Source of the DNA: Fonticula alba ATCC 38817 | Lineage: Eukaryota > Protista > Nucleariida | DNA length: 17,891 nucleotides | Reading direction: 5' to 3' (one strand) | Assembly: GCA_000388065.2 (NCBI GenBank) | Contig: KB932203.1 | In this document: positions 1 through 9,093 of the stretch, one piece after another | How positions within the stretch are numbered: position 1 is the stretch's first letter | How the letters are laid out: the number at the start of each line of letters is the position of its first letter | Program-made: the position numbers and the translations under genes | Notes under the pieces: model-generated | What the model was told of the DNA's origin: nothing | The model's input: only the letters and a program-made list of their open reading frames with translations | The model's database searches: none

Positions 1-94
1 CCCCCCCCCGGGAAAAGTGATCGAACCGCGTCTTTTGACAGAAGCCGATCGCACCCATCACGTGAGGGTGGCTTCTGTGTTCTGGGGTAATAGA

Positions 95-157
95 TCAACC
101 CTTGATTGTGGACTGAATGCTGGAGATGGAGAGTCTATTGCTGCGTGGTGTGCAGGC

Positions 158-223
<66 letters not shown>

Positions 224-1466
224 CGTGCGCGTGCGCGTGCGCGTGCACGCATGAAGGGAAGAAGCACACACGTGTAGGGGGCCGTAAGGAGAGAAGGCCC
301 GGAGGACACCTTCGACGAGGGGAAGGGAAGAGGCGTGGAGCCTCGGGCCCGGCCTCGGCTGTGCACCTGCCTGTGACTCACGAAGAGGAGGAGGAAGCGG
401 CGGCGGCGGCGGCGGCGGCGGAGGCCGCAGACGAGGAGGACAGGCGAGCGACCGTCACAGTGGGCTTGCCCCCGCCAGGGACCGGGCCGGCCGGCGAGTC
501 AGCCAGGGGCTGCCCAGCCATGGGGCCGGGGTTGGCCGGAGAGGCTGAAGCACTGCCGGGGGCACTGCCCCCGGCGGCAACTCGCTCGGCCGAGCGTGAG
601 GCCGACTTCAAATCCAGCAGCGAGAGGGCCGCGTAGCCCTGGTCGTCGGAAGAGGCGGCCGGCTTCGGGCCGGCACTTCCACCGGCACCGACGCCAGGAG
701 CCAGTGGGGTGGCCGGGGCGCTCGGCGACCGGGCAACGGTGGCAGCCGCCCCACCACCCGGGGATGGCTGCTGGGGGCGCGCGTGCGCCTGGTGCGCCTG
801 GCGTGCGTGGGCAGCGTGCTGCGGATCAACAAGGGCATGGTGAGGAGAAAGGGAGGGAGGAGGAGGCAGGATCGATGCCTGGGGGGAGGGCGCCTGGCTG
901 GCCGATGGCGCGAGGGGGGGAAGATTAGGTGGCAGGCCATCGGTGCTGCCGGGGCCACCGGCTGCCGGCGCCGGCGGCTGCAGGTTCCCGGCCAGCACGA
1001 CCGGCGACCGGGCCGGGGTAGCCGGCGATCCGGCCGCCGGAGCCGCAACATCGAAGAGCCCGGCCAGCGTGGTCTCCTCGGTGGCCACACGACGCTGGCC
1101 GCCGCCGTCGCCATTGCCACCGGCAACCGCCGAGGGGGGGGTGGTGCCGGTGCCGGGCCCGGCGGCGGGGGTGGCCGAGGAAGCGGCCGCCGCGGCCAGG
1201 GCCGCCACCGCGGAGGGCGACCGCGCCAACAGCGTCGCCTCGGCGAAGGGCGCCTGCGCCTGGCCGAAGAGCGTCGAAGCTACGGCCGGCGGGGGGATCG
1301 CCGCGCCGGCCGGGCCATGGGAGCCACCGCCATGATGACCGTGATGCGGGTGCGAGGAAGGGGCAGGGGGATGCGAGGGGCCATGCTGGCCACCGGAGTG
1401 GTGCGGGAGGGAATAGTGGTGCAACGACCCGCCGGGCTGGTAGTGGTGAGGGGGCTGCGAGAGATG

Positions 1467-1502
<36 letters not shown>

Positions 1503-4352
1503 GGGGTACAGGCTCCCGTGGTGCGGGATGCTGTGATGGAGGTCACTTCCGCCGTGGGGGTGGTGGTGGTGGTGGTGGTGGTGGTGGTGGGGAGGGGGGA
1601 GAACGTGGGGGGAGTGCTGGGAGGAGTAAGGGGAGGAACGCTGCGGCGTCACATGCAACACCCCTCGGGGCAGTCCGGACAGCGGGGAGTGATGGGGCCC
1701 GATGGTGGCGCCGTCGGGCTGGGAACCGGCGCTGGCGGTGGCCGCGGCCGCGGCCGCGGCAACGGCCGCCGCCAACGAGGGAGAACTGGTGCTCGGGCCG
1801 GCCGAGGCGGTGGAGGCAGGACCGCCGGCGCCACCGGGCGCAGGGTTCGACGGGCTGGCGAGCGGAGACTCGAGCAGGCGCGCACGCTTGGCTGCCGGGG
1901 TCCGGCGCCCGCTGCCAGACCCGCGCCGGCTGCCGCCGGCCACCGGAGAGGCCGAAGCCGAGGCCGAAGACCCGGCCCCCTGCACCGGCGACTCGGCCAG
2001 CAGGAGAACCCCGTCCAGGTGCCGATGGGGGTTGGGGACCGGGGTGCCGGTGCCGCCGGCCGGTGGCGGGGTCGTGGCCGCCAGCACCGACTCCGGGCTC
2101 GAGGGGACCGCCCCAAGCAGAGACGCCGCGGTCGGGTGCGTCCACACATAGGTTGCCCGCGAGAAGGACTCCACGGTTTCCGTGTCACACTTGGCCACCA
2201 GGCCGATGGCCTCGAAGATGTTGGCGATGTCGTATAGTCGGCGATACTTCGTGGCTATGAGTGTGCGTGTGCGTGTGCGTGTGCGTGTGCGTGTGCGTGT
2301 GGGGGGGGGGGCAGGAGGGGACAGGGCGAGGAGGGGACAGGGGTTAGTGGAAGCCCATAGGCCCGAGGGAGATGGGCGTAGGAGGTGGAAACTGATTGGC
2401 AGAACGAGAAGAGGGAAGGACGAGGACAAAGAGACAGCAAAAAAGGGGGGGAAAACGGAGGGAGAAAGCAAGGGAAGAGACGCACAGCGATTGGAGTTGA
2501 TGAACTCCCGGCCCGAGGCGGGACTCATCCCCGGGGGCGGGCTCTCCGATTGCAGACGCGGCGTGGCTGGGCAGGTGGCGCTGGATTCGCCGGACCCCCC
2601 ATCGACCGGGGAGTCCTGGCCGCTGCCGCCGTTGCCACCTGCGGCCAGCTTCTGCTGACGCTGCTGCTGGTTGTGGTTGTCCAGGGCCGACCGGTACTGC
2701 ATGGCCTCGGCGCGCAGGATGATGTCGGCCGCCGCGTCCAGGGTCACCCGCTGGCCGAGCATGCCAGCTCGCAGGAAGAGGCTCAAGAAGCGCAGGCTCA
2801 GCTGCGAGAGGGAGTTGTCCTGGCGCAGCTCCGTGAACAGGTTGACATCCTCGCCCGACAGGTGCCCCAAATCCCGGGGGAGGGTGGGGATGACGAGAGT
2901 AGCCCCGCCGGGTCCGGGCGGGCCCGGCGTAACCGGGCCATCCGCACCACCGCCGGTGGTGCTGCTGCTGCCGGTGCCGGTGCCGGTGCCGGTGCCGGTG
3001 CCGGTGCCGGTGCTGTCGGCCTTGTCGCTGTTGCCGGTGCTGCCAGTGCCGCTGAAGGTGCTGGCCGCTCCGAGCCCGCCAATGCCATTGAGACCGCCGA
3101 AGTTCACGCCGCCGAGACCGGCAACCGGAGTCAGGGCAATCAGATCCGGGCTGCGTGACAGCAGGGCCACCACGTCCAGGATGCGCTCCAGCCCGAGCCA
3201 CCGGTACCGGTTCTTGCCCTCGCGGCGGAGGATCTTTAGGCTTTCGAAAACATGCACGATGTCGTAGATGCGCCGGCGCTCGACACCGAGGCGCTGCGCC
3301 GCGAAGTCGAGGCTCACATGCTGCTCGGTGCCGTGGCCATAGATGGCCAAGAAGCTGGCAAGGAGCGAAGGGAAGGGATGGATGAGGGAGCAGCGGGCAC
3401 CGGGAGCGGGGGGGGGATCAGTTAGAAGGGCGAGGGCCGAGAAGGGAAGCAGGAGGCACGAGGGGCGGCGATCAGGCCCGGGGGGGCTAGAGCCGAGGAC
3501 ACCGGCAGAGGGCCAAGCAGGACCCATACGCACGCCAGACACTGCCGACCAAGGGAGCGGTCCTTGCGAGACCGGTGCATAGTCGAGGCGATGGACCCGC
3601 GCGCACCGCCGGACCGAGACCCGGACCGGGGCCCGGAGCCGCCCCCGCCGGAGGATGAGGATCCCGGCGAGCCGAGGGGCGATGCGCAGGCGACCGGGGT
3701 CCCGGTGGCGGTGGCCGCCTCCGGCTGGGCCAGCTGGGTGAATTGCTGGCGCATGGCCACCGACGTGGGGTCAGTGCCGGCAACACCGCCGCCATCCAAC
3801 CGACCCCCGGGCATGGCGGCCGGCTGCTCGTACAACGGCAGCCCGGCGCCCCGGCGCTCGAAGGCCGGCAGCACCCCGGGGCGCTCGTACGCCGGGGCCG
3901 CCATCATGCTGCCGGGGCGCTCGTACGAGGACAGGCCACCGGGGCGCTCGTAGGCCGCGAGCCCCAGCCCCGAGGGGAGTAGCTCATGCCCCGGCAGGTG
4001 GGACCCCCCCCCGGCGATGCCGCCGGGCGAGAAGACCGGGAATCCGGCCGAGGGGGCGCCGGCGCCCGGGGCCGGGAGCTGGGCCGGAGGCCCGGACGAT
4101 CCCAGCGATGGGACGGCCCCGGCACGCAGCAGGCTCGAATACATGGGCATGGCCAGGAGCTCGGCCATGGAGGCCGGGCAGCCGGCCGCCGCGGCCGCAG
4201 CGGCGGCCGCGGCCGCCGGCGTGACTGGCGTGGTGGTGCGCGCGCCCGACATCGGCGATCCATTCGGTTGCGTTGGACCAGTGGCTGGCGACAGGTCAGA
4301 GCGGAAGCGGAGAAGGCGGGCGAGAGTGGAGGGGGGAAAGGGGGGAGGGGGG

Positions 4353-4384
<32 letters not shown>

Positions 4385-4708
4385 CCGGCTGTTGGAATGC
4401 GTACCATCGGAAGGGGGACCCTGGCCACCGGCCGAGAGGGAGGGTCGCCGTGTAGCCCCGGCCGGAAGCCGCGTCCCATGGAGCGGTGACGCCCCGATCG
4501 GGGTGCCAGGATGTACCGACATGGGGGAATACTACGCACGTGGGTGAGGATAAAGACGGTGCAAAGGGAAAGAGCGGAGAAGCGGAATGACGGGCAGGGG
4601 GTCGCGCAGGGGCGGGAGAGGGGGGGGATGGTAGATACGCACATTTGCCCCGGGGCTGGACTTAGTGAAATGCTCGGCTGAGGGATCGGCCGCATGCTGC
4701 GGCTGATA

Positions 4709-4759
<51 letters not shown>

Positions 4760-4780
4760 CTGGTGGTGGTGCTGCTGGTA

Positions 4781-4811
<31 letters not shown>

Positions 4812-5665
4812 TGGTGGTGGTGCTGCTGGTGCTGCTGCTGCTGGTACTGCTGTTGCTGCTGCTGCTGGTGGTGGTGGTGTTGCTGCGGCTGCGGCTGCGG
4901 CTGCGGCTGCGGCTGCGGCTGCGGCTGCGGCTGCGGCTGCGGCTGCGGCTGCGGCTGGTGGTGGTGATGCTGCTGCTGCTGCGAAGGGAGTCCATGCTGG
5001 AAGGCCTGGAGATAGGGCAGGCCACCGAAGTGTTGCTGTGCCTGCTGGGTTTGTTGCACTTGGGCCTGCGCCTGCTGAAGCTGGAGTTGGAGCTGCTGTG
5101 CCTGCTGGGCATGCTGTGCCTGCTGTGCCTGCTGCAGGTACAGCGGATTTGCCCCACTGAGGAGAAGTTGGTTCAGCAGGGTCGGCGCGCCGGCGGCAGT
5201 GGCCGCCGCCTTGGCCGGGTCCGATTGCAGGATGGCCCCAGCCTCGGGAGCAGACGAAGAGCCACTGGCCGACCCGGCCGCGCCAGGAGCCGTGCCCTGC
5301 ACCGCAGACAGAAGTTGCAGCAATTGAAACTGCTGCAGAGCCGGATGCGAGGCGGCCGCCGCCGCCGCTGCGGCTGCTGCAAAGGGGCCATATGCCGTGG
5401 CGCCTGGCAGGAGCCCCGGAGAGAAGGCCAATCCCGCGGTCGAAGTGGGAGGAGCCCCGCCCGGCGGGGTGGGGAAGCCCTCGCCGCTGCTTGGGGCCGG
5501 CGACGAGAAGGCCCCGGGCCCGGGCGCCGAACCGGAGCCGGAGCCGGAGCCGGAGCCGGGACCAGGACCAGGACCAGCACCGGAGCCGGGGCCGGAGCCG
5601 GAGCCGGAACCGGAGCTGACCGAGGACATGCTGCCCGACGGGGTGCCCATCCCGGGGTTATGCAT
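95..5665 (-). CDS. E2F7/8: Atypical E2F transcription factor (E2F7/E2F8/plant DEL-like, two DNA-binding domains). Proposed exons: 5665-4643, 4531-4405, 4284-3534, 3354-2486, 2254-382, 140-95; ~1562 aa
   Basis: Spliced DBD1 reads RKDRSLGRQCLAFLAIYG...VSLDFAAQRLGVERRRIYDIVHVFESLKILRREGKNRYRWLG. DBD2 reads RQDNSLSQLSLRFLSLF...VTLDAAADIIL...STKYRRLYDIANIFEAIGLV...YVW. Both carry the E2F RRxYD signature. All five introns are GT-AG and the exon lengths sum to 4689 nt (divisible by 3). The start codon (5665, MHNPG) and the last exon are less certain than the DBD exons. Confidence 0.88.
141..381 (-). other. Putative last intron of the E2F gene
   Basis: The ORF-track stop TGA (378-380) lies inside a perfect donor TC|GTGAGT at 381. 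A CA-microsatellite follows, as in other introns here, then acceptor CGCAG at 141. An alternative TAG acceptor at 135 gives the same frame. Confidence 0.6.
159..253. repeat. (GT)n microsatellite grading into (GC)n/(GCGTGC)n; 95-nt uninterrupted alternating purine-pyrimidine tract
   Basis: Read directly from the sequence; no break in R/Y alternation from 159 to 253. Confidence 0.95.
1561..1590 (-). repeat. Coding (CAC)n repeat encoding a poly-His run in the E2F C-terminal region
   Basis: (TGG)10 on the + strand; protein reads PPPHHHHHHHHHPHGG. Confidence 0.9.
2139..2825 (-). other. E2F winged-helix DBD2, with a long insertion and the phase-1 intron 2255-2485
   Basis: SLSQLSLRFLSLF, TLDAAADIIL, TKYRRLYDIANIF and YVW motifs. 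The in-frame 231-nt pyrimidine-rich and (ACACGC)n segment is bounded by GTGCGT...TAG. Confidence 0.88.
2260..2300. repeat. (GTGCGT)n hexamer repeat at the 3' end of E2F intron 4
   Basis: Direct reading; lies just upstream of the acceptor at 2255 on the - strand. Confidence 0.9.
3192..3571 (-). other. E2F winged-helix DBD1, split by the phase-2 intron 3355-3533
   Basis: Donor GC|GTGCGT at 3533 and acceptor CCAG|C at 3355 join SRKDRSLGRQCLA to FLAIYG, restoring the RKxxSLGxxC..FL..Y start of E2F7/8 DBD1. Confidence 0.9.
4354..4380. repeat. (GA)n microsatellite inside E2F intron 2 (4285-4404)
   Basis: Direct reading; forms a TC tract on the coding strand between donor GTACGC and branch-like CTGAC/CAG. 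Confidence 0.9.
4695..4982 (-). repeat. Coding CAG/CAC/CAGCCG repeats encoding poly-Q, poly-H and (QP)n in E2F exon 1
   Basis: Direct reading: HHHH(QP)n followed by His/Gln blocks punctuated by single Tyr residues. Confidence 0.9.
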
Positions 5666-5771
5666 TCCGAGGCAGGAAGAAGGGAAGGGAAGGGGGCAAG
5701 GCCCGGCGACTGTCGGAGGGGAGGCAGCCGGTGGTGCCGCCCCGATCTGTGAAAAGCCCACTACGGGATGC

Positions 5772-5866
5772 CTTCAAGGGGGAGAGTGTCAGAGATTAGC
5801 GGTCTGGGAGGGGGGGGGGGGGGACGAGGAGGATGGCGACAACGGCCTGGGGGAGATTACACGCAC
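5772..5866 (-). other. Putative 5'-UTR intron of the E2F gene
   Basis: GG|GTGCGT donor at 5866, GCTAAT branch-like motif and TTGAAG acceptor at 5772. At 95 nt it matches the size of other introns here. Confidence 0.5.
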
Positions 5867-6519
5867 CCGGAGAAGGCAGGCAGATGTGCAGGAGGGAGGG
5901 GCCAGAGCGGGGATCTGCGGGCGTGTGTGCGGGTATGCGTGTATGTGGGAGGGGGGAGGGAGGGGGAGAGGGCGTGGGCTGGCAGCGGAGGGCGTGGGTT
6001 GTCCGACTGGTAGGGGCGTCAGGGCAGGCCGCATGCCGATGAGAGGTGCCCGGAGCAGGCGCGTCTCTGCTCGCGACCCCCGGACGTGGCAGGAGCGCCG
6101 GCGCATGCTGGCGCACGCGCCCGGCCCCCGGGGGGGGGGGGTGACTGGCAAAGAAGCGCCCAGGACGTGCGCAAGAAAGAGCGACCGAGAGGGCGAGACA
6201 CATACACACACACACACACACATACACAACGAGCGAGGGAGCAAGAGAGGGGTAGATTCAGCAGGGGGTGGAGGGACACACGGGCCGAGGGCCGCGGCGT
6301 GGCGCATTCCCCCTGTGGCGGGGTCCCAGGCCCGCCCCCCCCCCCCTCCCCCTCCCCCCCCCCCCCCCCCCCCCTGCCTGTGCGAGGGCCGCCGCCCCAG
6401 CCCGCCCCCTCTCTTGGGCCCGGCCCGACCGGCCCTCCTTCCCTACCCCCAGCCCCCCCCCCCGCCCGCCCCCCCCCCGGGGAGGGGGGACGGGGCAACG
6501 CCACTCCACCTTGGGGGCA

Positions 6520-6536
6520 CTGCGATTGGAGATTAG
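6520..6536 (-). promoter_or_regulatory. Putative branch point and 3' splice site (CTAAT...CGCAG) of a further upstream E2F leader intron
   Basis: The - strand reads ccctccCTAATctccaatcgCAG after a pyrimidine tract. The matching donor was not located. Confidence 0.35.
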
Positions 6537-8319
6537 GGAGGGGAGAACGGCTAGGCAAACGGCCGGGAGCGAACACGGTCACGGCCCCATTCGGCGCATC
6601 GATCGCACGCAGGGGCGAGGGGGCCGGTGGCGGCCGCCGCCACGAGCCCCGACAAGCACCAAAAGGCCCGACGGGGAGAAGGGCTCCAGATCACACTGGT
6701 GTTCGGCACTGGGTGGGGAAATGAAAAAAGCCCAAGGGGAAGGGCCCCCACCCCCCGGGTGGGCTGCGTGCCGCCCGGGAGACAGGGCGGCCCCGGAGGC
6801 CCACCATTGCCGCCTGTGCGCGCGCGAGTGCCCACGCCGGGGGGAGGAGGCGGCGGCCCGGGGAAGATCGCGCGGAGGCGTGCCGCTCTGGAGGGGATTT
6901 CTTCAGATCGCCCCCCCCCCCCCCCCCCGGCGGCTCGGCAGCAATATGCTAGGCACAACCCACCCTCGCGGGCCCTCGGCCGGGCATTCAGGAAATGGGT
7001 GGCCGCAATCACTGCATCTGCTCTGCGGGCCGCCCTATCCGGGCCGGCGAGACCGCCGCGGCCAGCGAGACAACCCCCGGGGGGGGGGGGGGGGGGCGAC
7101 GCGATCCCACACACCGGACACATGCGCGCCCCGGCCTGTGGCAGGCGGGACGCGCGCGCGCGCACATCCCAGCGACACTCGGAGCAGGGCGGGGAGACGG
7201 GGCGCAGGGCGATGACACAAGCGCGCAGGTACTTGTCCCTTTTTTTCCCGAAAGCCCGGGCGCTCCCTGGCTCCCGGGGGGAGGACATGCAGTGGGCCAC
7301 CGAACGGACACAGGAAAGGCGGCGGGGCAACACTGAGACGGTGTGCAAGAGAGAGCGAGAGAGCGAGCGAGACAGCCGGGGCAGCGAGCAGGCCCGTCCA
7401 CACATGCGGGCGAATCGTGGACCGCCCTGCGCATGCGCCCTCCTAATGCGCCCCCCCCCCCCTCCCCCCCCACCGCCGTCGCCGCGGCGGCCCGGGGGAC
7501 CTGCGGCGGCCCGACAGCCGGGATCTCCAACAGCGGGTCCCTGAGAATGGTGTCTGCCCGCGCGTGTGCCTGTGGGCGCGGCCCCCGCACCCTCGGGCCG
7601 GAGAGAGAATGATCCAGGTGCCTGCCGTCGGCTCTCGGCCGCCGGGGCTCGCCCTCATCCCCGACTCCGCCCGGGGGGGGGGGGAAGAAATGGAGCGTCA
7701 AGACGTGCGGGGCCTCCGGTGCCTCGGGTGCTGCGCCGCCGGGTCGCCCCTCATCACGCCGGGAGTGGCAGAAGCTAGACCCTCCGCTGGCCGCCGCCCC
7801 CCCCCCCCCGGGTGTGCGCTTCCTGAAAATACACCCGCCGCCGGCCGGGGCTCCGGGCCCTGGGGCCGGCGTTCCGGACTGTGTCCTCCCCTCGCGACCG
7901 GGCGAGCGCGCTCGCCCCCCCCCCCTCCCCCCCATCGCCCCATGTGGGATGGCGAGCGCACGCCCGGTGCGCATAGACGCCCCGCCACCACACGCATGCG
8001 TGCGCGCGTGCGCGAGCATGCGCGCGCAAATGAGCGTCCCGACGCGCCGGCCCCCGTGGACAAACAGACCGACCGAGAAGGGGAAAGACCGGCGACGCGG
8101 CACCGACGCCCCCCTCTCCGGGGGAAGATGCCCTGTCCCGGGTGGCGTCGGGCCGCCAAGGCGCGGCCCGGGAGTCGCCGGCTCGCGCGTGCCCGGGGCC
8201 CCCCCAAATAAAGGCGGCGCCCACTCATCGTCGGTCTCCCTCCCGGCGCTGGTCCTCACTGCAGCCGCACGCACGCACGCACACAGGACCACCACCCATC
8301 CAGGGCACGGGCCGACCCC

Positions 8320-9078
8320 NNNNNNNNNNNNNNNNNNNNNNNNNNNNNNNNNNNNNNNNNNNNNNNNNNNNNNNNNNNNNNNNNNNNNNNNNNNNNNNNN
8401 NNNNNNNNNNNNNNNNNNNNNNNNNNNNNNNNNNNNNNNNNNNNNNNNNNNNNNNNNNNNNNNNNNNNNNNNNNNNNNNNNNNNNNNNNNNNNNNNNNNN
8501 NNNNNNNNNNNNNNNNNNNNNNNNNNNNNNNNNNNNNNNNNNNNNNNNNNNNNNNNNNNNNNNNNNNNNNNNNNNNNNNNNNNNNNNNNNNNNNNNNNNN
8601 NNNNNNNNNNNNNNNNNNNNNNNNNNNNNNNNNNNNNNNNNNNNNNNNNNNNNNNNNNNNNNNNNNNNNNNNNNNNNNNNNNNNNNNNNNNNNNNNNNNN
8701 NNNNNNNNNNNNNNNNNNNNNNNNNNNNNNNNNNNNNNNNNNNNNNNNNNNNNNNNNNNNNNNNNNNNNNNNNNNNNNNNNNNNNNNNNNNNNNNNNNNN
8801 NNNNNNNNNNNNNNNNNNNNNNNNNNNNNNNNNNNNNNNNNNNNNNNNNNNNNNNNNNNNNNNNNNNNNNNNNNNNNNNNNNNNNNNNNNNNNNNNNNNN
8901 NNNNNNNNNNNNNNNNNNNNNNNNNNNNNNNNNNNNNNNNNNNNNNNNNNNNNNNNNNNNNNNNNNNNNNNNNNNNNNNNNNNNNNNNNNNNNNNNNNNN
9001 NNNNNNNNNNNNNNNNNNNNNNNNNNNNNNNNNNNNNNNNNNNNNNNNNNNNNNNNNNNNNNNNNNNNNNNNNNNNNN
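8320..9078. other. Assembly gap (759 N)
   Basis: Run of N. ORFs spanning it are artefacts. Confidence 1.
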
Positions 9079-9093
9079 CCGCCACTGCTGCCC

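Noticed and set aside
783-2237. Long overlapping + strand ORFs (484 aa and others) over the E2F tail
   Set aside because: Very high GC suppresses stop codons; no recognisable domain; antisense to a supported gene.
378-3542. The 1054-aa ORF taken as an unspliced protein
   Set aside because: It reads through intron 4 and begins inside intron 3. Splicing is needed to restore both DBDs.
4694-5752. 352-aa + strand ORF of poly-Leu/(LR)n that looks like a membrane protein
   Set aside because: It is the antisense shadow of the CAG/CAGCCG repeats encoding poly-Q/QP in the E2F gene.
6523-6530. CCAAT box on the - strand upstream of E2F
   Set aside because: It lies between a branch-like CTAAT and a CAG acceptor, so it is more simply explained as intron 3'-end sequence.
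7240-7252. E2F autoregulatory site candidates (TTTTCCCGA here, TTTGCGCG near 8022)
   Set aside because: Neither matches TTTSSCGC fully, and near-matches are expected by chance at this GC content.
6551-7405. 284-aa - strand ORF containing GKKRDKYLRACVIALRP
   Set aside because: No domain, runs through homopolymer tracts, and no coherent splice model links it to the E2F frame.
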